A stretch of 64,000 nt of DNA, from positions 1,642,052 to 1,706,051 of the forward strand of contig NW_003314273.1 of NCBI RefSeq assembly GCF_000143415.4. The letters are read 5' to 3'. This DNA is from Selaginella moellendorffii. Taxonomy: Eukaryota; Plantae; Lycopodiophyta. The position numbers and the translations under genes are program-made. This document shows, one piece after another, positions 25,737 to 40,142 of this stretch. The first letter of the stretch is position 1; each line of letters opens with the position of its first letter. Below the pieces are notes generated by a model. It did not search any database and was not told the DNA's origin. It was given only the letters and a program-made list of their open reading frames with translations.

Positions 25737-27797
25737 ACACCTAAGTACTAAGTTTCATTTATCTATAATTTGTGTTAGGGCTATCTATAGCTTTATCATT
25801 TGGTTGAAGCTTTCACCTTCACCAAATTAGACCATCTGGGAATCCTATCCTTAAAAATATATTTACTTTCCCACAATCCATTAGCATCCACCACCTAGTG
25901 GTTACTTGTCTAATTTATATTTTGGATTCCTTTCAGCAATTTCCAAGGCCAATTCTCAGCCACTACTCTTTCACTTATATCCTTTGATTGCAACACCAAG
26001 CAACATAGGATCATTACCTTTATCCTTGAGATATTCTTTTGGATAGGCTATACTTTGCAAAGTTTAGAGGGTGTTCAAAGTCATTTTTTTAATACTTGGG
26101 AACTATTTCCCTAATCTTGATAACTTTGCATTATGGCAAGCTTCAAAGCCATGTTTCTGTTATGCCACTTTAAGCATTCTTATAAACCATTTAAACTTTT
26201 CTTTCTAGGTACTAACCTACCTAAAATTGTTTTTGGGAACATTAAAAGGACTCTATCTTTTACCTTGTTAAAGCTTCTCCTTTTGCAAGGTTCTTAATTG
26301 CCATAGGTAATTTCATACTTTATACTCACCATAACACTACAGTTATTAGTAGCAACACTTTCGAGCACCCACTTGATTTTCCACTCCCAACTTATATAAC
26401 CAATCTTGGCTATGCCTTTCGAATCCTATAATTTAATTCTATCCCTTTACTGTTTAGTTTTGGCTTTATATATTCCCTTCGGTTATTCTCTTTTAGACTA
26501 GGAAGGTAGCTTTACAATTTCTACCATGTCTTAGTAAACATTCTTAGGGATGAACTTATTCAATGACTTAGGGAGTGATTCTTCAATCTTGATATGCTCA
26601 TCTTGTAATCTTATACACTAGGATTAATGTCACTACTCATAGGCATCTTTATATTCATTACTATCTATGCCAAAATCCTTTTTGGTTTTATCCATTTTGG
26701 ATAGTCAAGCTTACCCTATCTTTAGCTTTTGTCAACCTTGGAAATTGGATAACACCTTTTATCTATTATTCTCTAAAGATTTAGGGCTTTATCTAATGCC
26801 TCAATAATACCTAAACACCACCTCTTTGGTGTTTTTAAGGTGCTTATATATTTCCGTGATGAGTATATCTTATTGATATTGACCCTTTATATCGTAATAT
26901 AAACACAATATCCCTTAAGAGATGTATTTAACCTCTTTATCCAACCAAGATGTCTTAGGAAGTTAGTTCCAACAAATTATTATAAACTTTTGTTTCATAG
27001 TTATCATATCCTACAACTCATTGGCGGTGTTTCTACACCTCCATCAATATTTAGTATAAGCACATGAATCCAACCATATCCAAGATATGCTAACCCCATT
27101 TCTATTGGGGTCTCCTTTGACAAAGGGTTCTTATGAACCTACCAACTTGACCTCAAAGCATAATCCTTTAAGATATTTGGGGTCTCCACCACATCAACTC
27201 CATGAGCCTTCTCTCATGATACTTTCCACTTGTATCTACCACAACCAAAGCAGTCATTTCCTATGCCCACTATTGGTTAATATTGCTTAATAACACTCAC
27301 ACACAACTCTTTGCTAAAATTATTTTCCTTTGTGAACATATTTTCATGACTTTAATATGGTATTTTTTACCATCAATGAGATACCTATTATTCTCATACT
27401 TGAAACTCATGATTTTCTTAGTCTTTCATCAAGTATAACACACTTCTATCTAAACAAGATTCCTCTAAGCCTTTGGGACCATCTCTTGACTTTACTAAAT
27501 CATCCAGCTTTTAGACTTTGTTATTCCAACGTGTCATAAATTTCTAGCCTCTTGGATACTTTTAAGATGCTACCACACTTGAAGACAATCTTTTGTATTC
27601 ACATCCTATTTATAAGGACCGTCTTTACAAGTGTTACTCCAACACTTGATTTTCCTTTGTTCTACGTGGGTTATTTTTGCCTTTTAGAACTATACTTCCA
27701 TATCACGAGCACACCAATTTATCCTTTGAGTACCCCCTTGGAACTTCTTTGGTTGTTCTCCTAGCTATCATTTCAAGGACATGTGTCCTCATTTATG

Positions 27798-28936
27798 TGT
27801 AGTGCAAGTGGCTTTCACCCTTTATCCTATGTTGTTTTACTTTAGGATAACCACAAAGTGAAACCTAAACCCTCCATGTGCCATGTGTCATATGCCATGT
27901 GCCACATGCCACATGTCCAAAGGACAGTGGTGTGGAACCTAAGTTTCAGGGCCTTAGGCCACTGAATGAGGAATGGTGCCAAACTCCCAAGCATGGAGCC
28001 AAAGAGCAATAGCATTGAAGCACGGAACGACCCTCGAGTACACAGCCCAAGGAGCAAAGGGACAGGAGCATGGAGCAATTTGGATCAATCCTAGAGCAAC
28101 CAGCATCCCAATGCCAGAACCAACACGCAAAACAGAGCCAAATGAAGTTTAGTGCTATTTTAGCATACCGGTGGCCTAATGCAAGGATATAGGTACTCCA
28201 CTAGCTAGCATGGAATGGAACTTGGGCTTAGACCCAAGTTGGATGCTGAACAAGGACAGACATGCAAGTAAAAGCTAAACTATGCCTTAGGTTGGTCAGC
28301 CATGCTTGACCTACCCACTATCCCTACTATACATTTGGAACCCCCCACAGCCCACCCCCTTGAGGAACACCAGCTTTGAGCTTTCACCCCAAGCCTCCCT
28401 TAGGACCAGGAGTTAGTCTCTAGGACAAGCTCAAAACTTACTAAATATGAAATGTCCCTAGATTGCAAATTTGGATATAAAACGAACACCATTGTGTTCA
28501 AGACAATCTCTACATTCTGTAGATATGCCAAATGAACAAATCTAGATGCTTTCCATAAATAGTATTTGGGACTGGAATGAGACTAATACAAAGGGCATGA
28601 TAGCGAAAGTGTTTGGCAGACACGGTAAGCTATCATCCACCTTTATTGAGGGACTAGTTTCAATACATGAGGGTTCTTGTCAAGCCAGTGCAAGATAGAG
28701 CAGAAGAGAACTAAGAGTTAGACCAAGAATGCTTAGCTAGAAACACATAAGAGTTCTTACCTTATGTTCATCTAGCTAAGTACAGATGCTAAGCCCAGTA
28801 AACTAACACTTGAACAAGATGGGTTGATAAAGGGAACTAGCAATACTAAACTCCTACCATCATGGCAGTAAGAAAAGAATATCAGAAAGGACTAGCTGAC
28901 AGGTAATTTTTGATACCCGAAATCACATTTATGACA
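27798..28936 (-). mobile_element. Family-B solo LTR
   Basis: TG...CA termini and colinearity with 35491-36636. Host sequence is continuous across it, but no clean TSD is visible. Confidence 0.8.
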
Positions 28937-29021
28937 ATTTTTGACCTCCTATAGTCATTAACTCTAGTATTAAATTCATGAGCACCATCCTTAATTATAT
29001 GAGGATAATTTTATGACTCTT

Positions 29022-29215
29022 TGTAAGCAACCAAAAAGAACGACTTGAGAGATGATCAATGGGGTTCAAATTTAGAGGGAAAGGGCCCATAAATAAAAGT
29101 GCACACACTTTTCCAATCGGTTAAGGGTTTTGGGATACTTGGGGTTAAGAGTCCTTGGGTTTAAATAGTACTGGGCTAGGTGACCTCTCGGGAAGTCTAA
29201 ACTCAGGAACTTACA
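29022..29215 (+). mobile_element. Cassandra-like TRIM solo LTR carrying a 5S rRNA-derived A/C-box segment
   Basis: TGTAAG...CTTACA termini, flanks CTCTT/CTCCT. The segment ~29143-29198 (GGTTAAGAGTCCTTGGG...TAGTACTGGGCTAGGTGACCTCTCGGGAAGTC) resembles plant 5S rRNA AGTTAAGCGTGCTTGGG...TAGTACTAGGATGGGTGACCTCCTGGGAAGTC. The empty site is visible in the paralog near 23547. Confidence 0.85.
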
Positions 29216-29559
29216 CTCCTTTATCGTCCAGGAATTTCCATCATTCTTATGATCCTAATTGTAGTTGTCTACCACAACCACATTAGCCAGTTTTTAAAGT
29301 TAAACACTTATATGGATCTTTGAGAAAAACCTTTTACTATTCCTAAGATCCCAAAGTTGTTCCCTTATTAACCCCTTTCTACCCACCACATTGTTTATAT
29401 GTTTAGGTATGAACTAAAGTAAAAAGTCATGCCCTCTCAACATACTACTCCTCAAGGATAGGCCCACTTCTAAAACCTTTTAATGCCAATATAAGTGATA
29501 ATATATTTGACCACCAATAAGAGTTAGATTGGTATCGTGGAATGGAAGTCATCACTAGA

Positions 29560-32500
29560 TGTTTGTGATAACCAGATGGTTGATTTTTTGTTGGAATTAT
29601 GGGAAAATTGTTGATCTCACAATCCTTATAAGGATAAAGTGAGGATTGATTTTTTTTTTTTTATGACAAAGCTTATAGACTATGCTTCTTTATGATGGAA
29701 GAACTACATTAAAGCTAATTCAAAACTGACTTTTTGGAGTGATTTAATGAAAGTTTTCCATGCTTCATTTGTCAAGAAGTTTGAAGAGATTGATCTTGTG
29801 AACCAGCTATTAGAGATTTGGTAGGGGACTTTATCTTTGGATATATATGCTTGCAAGGTCTATAATTTTTGCCTTAGTCTCATGGGCACCTATAATGTAC
29901 TCAAAGTGCAATGTTTCATCAAAGGTTTAAGCTCAATGGATGTGCAGCAAAAGGTCAAGAAGGATTTTCCAGCAATATTGTGTGAGACATAAATCTCTAA
30001 GCCCCAAAGTGGAGCCAAAAAGGTGCCACATGGTAGTGGTCAAAGTGGAAGGCCAACAAGCGTAATATGTTTGGACTAAAATCTTTGACTGCAAAAGTTA
30101 AGAGTGGGAGTGGAACTCCAAACAAAGTGCTTAAGGAATGATTACAAAGCAATTGGTGAATGAGTCTCTAAAAATGGACAAAAGAAAGACTAATACATGA
30201 TGAATGTCATGACACATAAAAGTGTCAAGAATGAGTCCAAAAAGGAGTCCAAGAAGGAGTCCAATATAGACTTAAAATGGAGTTCAATATGGACTTGAGA
30301 TAGAGTTTGATATGGAGTTTGATATGGACCCGAGATGGAGTCTGAGATGGACTCGAGATGGAGTCTGAGATGGACCTAAGATGGAGTCCGAGATGGACCC
30401 AAGATGGACCTGAGATGGAGTCCAAGGTCGAGTCCGAGAGGGTGACCATGGTCAGGTTCGAGGTTGAGGCAGAGACCAAGACTAAGACCGAGACCGAGTC
30501 CTAGATTGAGGCCAAGGTCGAGACTTAGACCGAGATCGAGACCGAGATTGAGGCTGAGACCAAGTTGGAGACCAAGATTGAGGCCGAGACCAAGTCCGAG
30601 ACCGAGACCGAGACTGAGTCTGAGATCGAGATCGAGACCAAGACCAAGACTGAGTCTGAGTCTGAGTCTGAGTCTGAGTCTGAGTCCAAGTCTGAGGGTG
30701 AAAGCCCAAAGCAATTATCTCCCAGACCCTAGGGGATTTAGTGAGTTCTAAAAGTATAGTAGAGGGAGGACTCTAGTGGAGCCAGTTTGGCTAGGAAAGG
30801 CTAGTGTGAATCAAGGCTAGAGTGAATACGGATGAAAAAGTGGGGTAACTTAATGAAGTGTTCAAGAGCCAACCCTAGCTCCCTCGGGAGATCAAATGGT
30901 TGATGCTCCTAATCCAAGTGTGGGTAGAACTACCTACTTGGATACCTGGTGTAACTCATCAGAACCTTGCTCTAGCCACATGGCTAAGACACCTAAAGGT
31001 GGAAAGTGGGGAGAGTATTCATGAGGCCCGCATAGGGCAACAATGTTTTAAAATGTTATCCTAAAGTTCCAACGTGTGGAAAGGAAGAAATCCTCTTGTT
31101 TAGTGTGATCAAGGATACAATCACATGGTGAGGAAGTCCCAAAAGTTAATGGGACTTAGTGGTCAGGCCTTTGGACCCTGACCCAATGATGGTGTTTGCA
31201 AGCACAATTGTGGATGGAGAGGGATTTGGTGGGGACTGAAGAAGGGACATTTGGGAAAGGTGTTCTTTGTGTATTTGGGCATCCTAATAGTGCTAAGGTG
31301 TAGTCAAAAGATGACCACTCAAGGCTCAATTTTTGAGAGACAGGACTATGATGCATGTGCTCTTGGATTACCAATATGACAAAGGTGAATGGGCATGGCT
31401 TTAGTGTAATGGGTTGATATGTTGATGATACCTTTGGGTGTCAGTCATGGGATTGGACACATGGAGCATTTGAATCTAGTGTAAAGGCTAAGTGGTATAG
31501 GTGCCATTCATGGAGCTATTGTGCCCAAATTAGGAATAAGATTTTTGGAGGTTATGAATGAGACTCCTCCAAATGGTCAAAGATATGGTTAAGTGATTAA
31601 AGTAAAATGGAAAAATTAATCACTTACACATTAACTAATTCTATCACTAAGGCTCATATTTTCACCAAAACCATCAGTCAACTTGGTCAACTCTGGTTAA
31701 TGTTATGGTCTACAGAGTAGTCAACATGATGACCAACCCACCAATGCTTCATATTCGGGAAGAAATGGCCATTGTTTTATTGTGGCTCAAAGAGTGGAGA
31801 TGATCATAAGGCCAAAAAATCTTGTTTAGACTAGTGTGAGAAGGATAAGATAAAGGGTAATTATTTTTATTGTTACAAGGCTAGATATCAGACAATGATT
31901 ATCCTCTTGTGAAGGGATCAAAGAATGCTAAGGTGAATGTGGTGGAATTCATCATGGATATGGCTTAAGCATCTGCTATGATGGCCCTTCCAAACCCTAT
32001 GGCAAAAGTTCAAAAATCTAAGTTTTGAGTTTGTATCAACTCTATAGAGCTTAATGGTTCTATGTGCAATCAACTTATGAAGGCCAAAGGGGACATTTAG
32101 GGTAATGCTATTAATATTTTTTTTGATCTAGGTGCTACTCATAACTTTTTGAGCTTCAAGGTGGTGAAGAAACTTGGTTTACCTGTGGAAAAGAGTTCAA
32201 TAATCTATGAGATGGTTATGGCAGATAGACATAACACTCATATTTATGGTGAATAGGCTTTAAGTGTTCATTTGATGGTTCAAGGGATTCTCGACCATCC
32301 TTTGTTTCAGGTTATACATCTTAGTTGCATAAATATTATTCTTGGGAAGGAATAGTTTTATGATAGGAAGCCAAGGATTGATTAGGAGAGTAATGTCCTA
32401 TGTATTGAACTTGGTGATTGTTAGGATCCTATCCCTTACACCCAAAACAAACTGACTAAAGGGGTAATCACTTGATTGTAAGGCTCTTTCTTTAGCTTAT

Positions 32501-32810
32501 TATTCTGACTTGGTGCCTAACAGTGGCACTATGAAAGAGATTGTTAGGATAGACTCCCTTGATTAATGCTTTGCTGTTGGTGACATGCACACCTAAGATA
32601 GCTCGTTCTTTCATGGTGTACCTGTTTCTTTCTAATATAATCATGTCCAATTTGGAACATGTTTGTAGGCATAGGGCTCGGGTGGATTCCATTCAGGGGG
32701 AGTTCTGTGATGTATTTCTGAATGAGTTACTTGATGGTTTGCCTCCCGAAAGAGGAATTCAGCATGAGATTGACTTGGTTCTTAAAGCTACTCCTTATCA
32801 GTGACAACTG
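29560..32810 (+). pseudogene. Heavily decayed gypsy gag-protease-RT start, split by a family-A LTR
   Basis: NIFFDLGATHNFL protease motif at ~32115 and LLDGLPPERGIQHEIDL at ~32730, with many stops. Confidence 0.65.
29981..31628 (+). mobile_element. Family-A solo LTR (older)
   Basis: TGTGAGACAT...CACTTACA termini with a GAGTCC/GAGACC satellite. Flanks TATTG/CATTA form a degenerate TSD. Confidence 0.85.
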
Positions 32811-32821
32811 ACTTCTACTAG

Positions 32822-34270
32822 TGTAGCGCACTTGAATTTGGAGCTAAAATCCAAGCCCGTTGTGTTACAAAATGAGAGTCCAAGTACAATCCCATGAACA
32901 CTAGCTCCCCATATCCAGCACCTGTATGCAAAATAGTGTTAAACAGTGTTTGGCACAATTTTAGTATACTGGTGGCCTAACGTGAGGCGGGTACCCCAAC
33001 GACTATAGCAGTATAGAGCTTGGGCTTAGATCTAAGCTGGACGTAGAACAAGGAGCGACACAACCTAGTGGGAGCCAAACTAATGTTTCAGGTGATCAGA
33101 TGGTTAGACATGCATTTCAACCACTATCCCTACTCTATATTTGGAACCCCTTATAGCACCCCCCACCCCCCCCCCCCGAGGAACACACGCTTTGAGCTTT
33201 CACCCCAAGCCTCCCTTAGTATCAGGAGTTAGTCTCTGGGACAAACTCGAAACTTATTAAATATAAAATATCCTTATATTGTGAATTTGGACATGGGACA
33301 AACACCATTGTGTTCAAGACAATCTCTATATTCTGTAAATATGCCAATCTAGGTACTTTTTATAAAATTTAGAACCAGAATGAAACTAACACAAAGGGCA
33401 TGATAGCGAGGGTGTTTAGCAAACATAATAAGTTATCATCCAGTGACATTGAGGGACTAGTCTCAATATGCAAGGGTTCTTGTCACTAGCCAATGCAAGA
33501 CATAATGAGATGGGAATTCTTTACTGGGCTAAGTATGATTAGCTAATAGCATGTAAGAATTCCATCCTTATGTTTTTCCAGTCTAAGTACACTCGAAATG
33601 CCTAGTTAACTCCACTATTACAAGAGGGGCTACCAAAGGGATCCAACTGTACTAACGTCTTGCCGTCATGGCAGTAAAGGAAGAGTGTTTGTAAGGATTA
33701 GCCAACAAGTATCTTTGATACCTGAGGTTATATTTGTGACACTCTCCCCATCTTAAGGAAGATCGATGTCCTTGTTGATGTATACTCGAGTCTAGCAAAC
33801 CATCAAGGAAACAACTCCAAAAGTTAATAAAAAACACCCTATGTGGAAAACACACCGACTTAAATGAGTTATGGAACTACCTCTCCTCTATGTCAAAAGA
33901 CATTAAAATTTAGACACCCTCCAGTCATCATCGACAAGAAAATGAATAACAAAGTTAGCCACCCTTGCTGCTCTAAGTACCACTTGGCTTACAAAGGAAT
34001 GATACATCCCTACCCGTAGGGACATAAGGAGAAGGCTAAAGGCCCAAATTCCCCTAAGCAAGAAATCAACCCCATTGGGAAGATTTAGACAACTATTATA
34101 AACTGGCAGATTAAGTTGTTTACATGACCACACCCTTTTCAAAAATAAGTCATTGAGAGAGAGGTAGGAACTTGTGATCAGTCTATAATAGTTATCCCCA
34201 TGGTTATGAATTGAACCCATGCATCAAAGTGCCAAAGTCAGCTTACCAAAACTAACCCAAGTACTAACAA
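32822..34270 (-). mobile_element. Family-B-related 3' LTR (32822-33741) with PPT and part of the 3' internal region
   Basis: TGTAGCGCAC...TTTGTGACA followed by CTCTCCCC (rc PPT). Homologous to 35491-37150. Confidence 0.75.
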
Positions 34271-34349
34271 ACAAGAGAAACAAAAATTTTGATTTATAGA
34301 AATATATTACTTTATTGATTTGTAAAATTTATTACAAGATTTACAAAAG

Positions 34350-35490
34350 CTAGGCTTTATTACGATTCTCATATTTCGTGATGTAGAAGATTCTTAAGAT
34401 TACCATGGTGGTGATGGGTAACGGGGAATTAGGGTTCGGTTCCCAAGTTGATTCATAAGTTGGGTAACCTTTCCACTTAACAAGATATTCCTTCGCATGA
34501 GCTCGTCTCCAAAATCGAGAATCCAAAATAGTTTCAACTTCATATTCAAGTTCACCATCCGCAACATCTGGTGGTAGACGAATCTCCCTGTGACATGCAA
34601 CATCCATAATGTAAATAGCCAATAAATTGGCATGAAATACATTATGAATATTGGACATGTCTGCAGAAAGATCCAACCGATAGGATACATCACCAATTCA
34701 TTTCAAAATCCTATAGGGCCCAACATATCTCAGTAACAGCTTCTGAGATAAAGATCCATTTACATTCAAGTTTCAGAAAAATAACCATAACTGATTTTTC
34801 ACTTGATAGGATACATCCCAATAATACTGATCCTTATCATGTCAATACCTATCTTGAGCTTTGCCCATCGCCTCAATAGTTCTAGACCAACTTTGGCGTA
34901 ACTGCTCTATATAAGTCTCAATGGCTAAGACCGACACTTTGGACATTGGTTTTGGTACAACAATATGTTGAGGCACCCCATGAGCATTCCCTTGTAACAT
35001 TACCCATGGAGAACAACCAATAGCACTATGAAATGTGTTATTATAATAGATTTTTGCTATGTCCAAATACTCAACCCAGTCGTGTTGGTCCACCATGACG
35101 TAATATCACAGATAATCCTCAATTTGAGCATTCATACATTTGGTCTGCCCATTAGTTTGAGAATGATAAGCCATACTGAACTTCAACTTGGTACCGAACA
35201 ACTGGAATAGTGTGCCCCAAATCTTCCCTGTAAATCTCAAATCTCTATCCAAGATCATCTCTTTGGGAAGACCACGAACTCACACTACTTCATGGAAAAA
35301 GAGCTTTGATACTTGTTTCGCATTCATTGTTTCCATAGTTGGAATGAAGTGTGCAATCTTTGACAACCAATCCACAACCACCATCAAAGTATCATAACCT
35401 TTAGACTTCAGTAAGAAAGTGATGAAATCAAGTGTCACACTTTGAATTGGCCATGCCGGTGCTGGAATGCACTGCAACTTTCTAGCCTAC
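34350..35490 (-). pseudogene. pol: Decayed chromovirus integrase plus chromodomain
   Basis: Integrase core PAWPIQSVTLDFITFL...MVVVDWLSKIAHFIP and YYNNTFHSAIGCSP. Chromodomain EYEVETILDSR...EYLVKWKGYPTYESTWEP. Confidence 0.9.
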
Positions 35491-38400
35491 TGTAGCGCAC
35501 GTGGTTTTGACCCTTTATCCTATACTGATTTACTATAGCATAACACCACGAAGCGGAACCTAAACCCTCTTTGTGCCACGTGACAGATGCCATATGTCAC
35601 ATGCCACGTGTCCATGCCACGTGTCCATAGGAACCTGAGGTTTAGGGCCTTGGGCCACTGAACAAAGGAACGGTGCTAAACTCCTAAGCATGGAGCCAAG
35701 GAGTGACGGAACCGAACCACGGAGCAACTCTCGAGCATAAAGCCCAAGGAGTGAAGGGACAGAAGCCCAAAGCGACTTGGAACAGTCCTAGAGTAACCAG
35801 CATCCCAATGCCAGGACCAGCACGCAAAACGGAGCCAAACGGAGTCTGGCGCTATTTCGGCATACCGGTGGCCTAACGCGAGGACATGGGTACTCCACCA
35901 GCTAGCATGGAATGGAACTTGGGCTTAGACCCAAGCCGGACGCAGAACAAGGACAAGCACGCAAGTGGGAGCTAGACTATGCCTCAGGTTGGTCGGCCAT
36001 GCCCGACCTACCCACTATCCCTACTATACATTTGGAACCCCCCACAGCCCCCCCCCCCTGAGGAACACACGCTTTGGGCCTTCACCCCAAGCCTCCCTTA
36101 ATATCAAGAGTTAGTCTCTGGGACAAGCTAGAAACTTACTAAATATGGAATGTCCCTAGATTGCAAATTTGGACACAGGACGAACACCATTGTGTTTAGG
36201 ACGATCTCTACATTCCGTAGATATGCCAAATGAGCAAATCTAGACACTTTTCATAAATAGCATTTAGGACCAAAATGAGACTAACACAAAGGGCATGATA
36301 ACAAGGGTGTTTGGCAAACACGGTAAGCTATCATGTAGCAATATTGAGGGACCAATCTCAATACGCGAGGGTTCTTGTCAAGCCAGTGCAAGACAGAGCA
36401 AAAGAGAACTAAAACGCCAGGCAAAGTATGCTTGGTTGAATAGACACTTAGGAATTACGTCCCTATGCTCATCCGGCCAAGTACAGATGCAAAGTCCAGT
36501 TTACTAACACTTGAACAAGAGGGGCTGATAAAGGGTCCAGCAATACCGACGTCCTGCTATTGTGGCAGTAAGGTAAGAGTGTCCGTAAGGACTGGTCGAC
36601 ATGTAACTTTCGATACCCAAAGTCACATTCGCAACACTCTCCCCCCCTAGGGAAGATCGACGTCCTCGTCGATGCATACTCGAGTCTAGAATACCGCCAA
36701 GGAAACAACTCCAGAAAAAGTTCACGGTACTCACACTATGTGAGAAATGCACCAACTTAAATGAGTTAGGGGTAACCTCTTTGTCTAACGCGGATGCGCT
36801 ACCAGCTCAGACACCTTCCGGCCATCGCCGATATGGAAATGACCAACAGAGTCAGCCACCCTTGCTGCTCTGGGAGTCACCCAGCTTACAAAAGTGTGAT
36901 ACACCCCTGCCCGCAGGGACATAGAGAGAGAAGCCGGAGGCCCCAACCCTCCTGAGCAAAGAAACCAAACCCGTCGGTAAGGTTTAGATAGACTATTGTA
37001 AATAGGCAGTTAGAGTTGTTTACACGGTCACGCCCTTTTAATAGAACAAGGAACATTGACAAAGAGGTGGGTTGTGTGACCAGTCGACAGTAGCTACCCC
37101 ATGACTAGAGATTTCACCATGCATACGAAGTGCCGAAGCCAGTCTGCCTATATTAGCCCAAACTCAAAGATCAATAGATGGACAATATCAAAGTCAGAGA
37201 CAATGATATCTTAGAAGCTTAAGTATCAGTGATTATATCTTAGAGTAGAACACAAAAGTATTCTAAGCAAGTTATCATCCGATAAACCAGTATAATAGTG
37301 CAGGAACCACCAAGATCATAATAATTGGTAAATATAGGATTCACCATCAAACAAAATTCAATAGCAAGTATATCATCAAGTAAACTCAATGATAAAGTTT
37401 AACTATTAAAGATTGCAGACAGAATGCCAAACAACTTACGAAAAATAACTCAAAGAACACAAAGTATCATTGACTGACAAGCAAAATGCTCGCGAATGTA
37501 TTACCCAAAAGAAAGAACATCCAAATCTATCAAAACTAACTCAAGCAACAATTAACAGAAGAGAATGAATGCGGTAAGACCAATAAACACTCATTCCTGC
37601 CAACTATCACAAAAGCCAATCTGAATAGATCCCAGCCAACAATACCAAGGAACTCAAGTTGCCTAAGCAAGTGTCAGCAACATCCTACTGATGTCTCAAA
37701 CCCAAGAGACTAATCCAGAGCAAATCACAAAGAATATGTGATATTGCGAAAAACCACAAGCCATCAAAGAGAACAAATAACTACCATGAAAGATCATCAA
37801 TCATCCTAACAAGAGAGAAATGCATAATCATCATTGAAGAAAGAATTTACCATCCCGAAGAACAGCAAATCATTCTATACCAACAATAATCAAGCAAAAC
37901 CCTTGACAAGGATAATCAACTATCTTAGATGATAGTCAATCATCACCAATGATTACTAGATGCAAATACTAACGTCAACATCGAAACTAATGAGCCAAAA
38001 TGCGTTCCCCCAACAACTCCTAACAAATGGAACAATAAGCATGAAAACTCAAAAAACTACAAGCTCGAAGAAGTCTATAGCCAAGTCTTGCCTAATAATG
38101 ATCACGAGTCTCGCATGAACTAACGTCAATGCTAAAGAGAAGTCATGGTACAAACCACAATATCCTCCTTAAACACATCCAGAAGCTAAACTTCATAATG
38201 CCAAAGCTAATGAAGAGCATGCCTGCATCAATCCAAAAGCTAAGCATAATGAAGCTATGCTCAACAAGTGATCACCAAAAAATCTTCCATGAATCCATCT
38301 ATAGCAAGACGTAACTCACTTCATAACAAGCACAAAAAGAATCATCAATGATCGATATATTCCAACTCAAATCCAATAAGGATTCAAACATTCCAATATC

Positions 38401-38584
38401 AATCACTAACTTATGAGATAGACTCATATCGGTACACAACCTCCTTATAGACAAAGCTATAGTATGGGTACTAACATCTCAAACTCAAACAACTAAGTTG
38501 AACATCACCATCCTTAGCCAAGGCGCAAGGCCACCAAGACCAAGTCAAGATCAGTGAGAGCTCACTACTCTCATAGAGTCTAAA
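35491..38584 (-). mobile_element. Family-B 3' LTR (35491-36636), PPT and long non-coding 3' internal region, cut by the DNA transposon
   Basis: TGTAGCGCAC...TTCGCAACA termini, then rc PPT CTCTCCCCCCCT at 36637. The internal region is A/C-rich with no long ORF. Confidence 0.85.
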
Positions 38585-40142
38585 AAGCTCTATTTCGTTA
38601 AAGTGGGATTTATTCAGTAAAATGGGACTAGGTACAAATTTTCAAGTATTTGAAAATGACGTGAAATTATATGTTTTTTGTCCAGGGGCTAGACATATCT
38701 GGGGCATGGTGACTAGCGCGGTGACTTTGTGTCCAGACTGAGTCCATCTGGTTGTATAATAAATCTCATTGTCAAGGTGAACAAGCCAAATCTGAAGCTA
38801 AAGAAGAGCGATGGCATGTGCGCACACACTATTTGTTTGTTCATTGAGCGTGTGGTGAGCTTTCCAAGATGAACGTCATTCCTATTAGCCAGACATATAA
38901 CTTAATAGTGAGAACATTTAGATATTATTCAATGTTATCTTTTTCTAACGAATCTAATTGTAAAGGTGTAGCAAGAGGCATTGCTAGTCTGGAGAAGTCA
39001 TTTAACTCATTTGACCCTTAGTGTATTTTCATGAAACTAAATAACATTCATATTATTAAGGAATTTCTCTAGTACCTTTTTTTTACGACATAGAGGCTTG
39101 CATTTCTTTCAAAGGTGATTTAGTAAAAGGCCTGAGGGCACATGCCATTCTATTTCTCAGACCTGTATTAAGATATACTAGTGCAAAGGGAAAAAGGTAT
39201 TTGGTGATCAAGTAAATGGCATGAGGGCACACGCCATTATAAGCCTAAGCGCTAGTGGATACCTCCTTTTTGGTACTCTCAGCAGTACTATCATCCTTCT
39301 CCGGGTCAGTTGTTTTGCTTTGGATTGTTGTCTCTGACGTTACTGGGGCGTTCTCGATAGTTGTTAATGTTGCCGTTTGTTCAGAAAAATGATCACCTGG
39401 AGTATAGTACGGGGAGTTTGGAAGACTTATATATTCTACATCTTCACCTATCTCCTTCTCCGTCTCCTTTTCTGCCTCACTTACAGATTTTGTGCTTGCC
39501 ATGAGAACGCTCTTCACCCTAAAATATGGAGTTCGTTGTGTTATAAAAGGAAACCAACACACACGCTGCAAGGGAATGATGGTACATAAAGCACATAAGC
39601 CCACAATATAGGTTTATGTGCCATTAATATGGGCCACACGCCATATTATTAGATTTATGCACGTGTGATTGGTAAATGCATATGTCACATCATCTTTGTT
39701 TTACCTCACACACTATATCAGGCCTAATGAACCATATCACATGTGCGCACATGCTATATATATGGAGAAGTATTATGCAAGGATAGAAAAATTCAATGCA
39801 TGATTGTGGAGAGCAATGGCATGAAGCCACATGCTAAATAACATTTTAGAGAAAGAATTAAAATAGAAACATGCAAACAGTACTGAGTGGACCAAGACTT
39901 AGAAGTGCACAATTGAATGAGGTATTTCTAATAAATATTTCACTCACCTCATATAGGAATGGCTACCACTCTCAAATGGCGTATCGCCTCATGCCATCAC
40001 CTCGCAATTTGTTATAACAATCCGATGAATTCATATTCGGCTTGTTCACCTTGAACTTTAAGTAAGATTTGCTAGAACAACTAAGAATTTATACTTGTTA
40101 TTTGTATCATCTCACCTAGGAATGGCGTAAGGCCACATGCCA

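Larger units (their letters stand above)
25737..29520 (-). mobile_element. Older, more AT-rich copy of the family-A internal region (continuation of 8933-9400)
   Basis: Colinear but diverged homology to 20310-23870, interrupted by a family-B LTR and a Cassandra LTR. Confidence 0.7.

Noticed and set aside
29143-29198. 5S rRNA gene
   Set aside because: Only a diverged internal part is present, embedded in a TG...CA LTR with a TSD.
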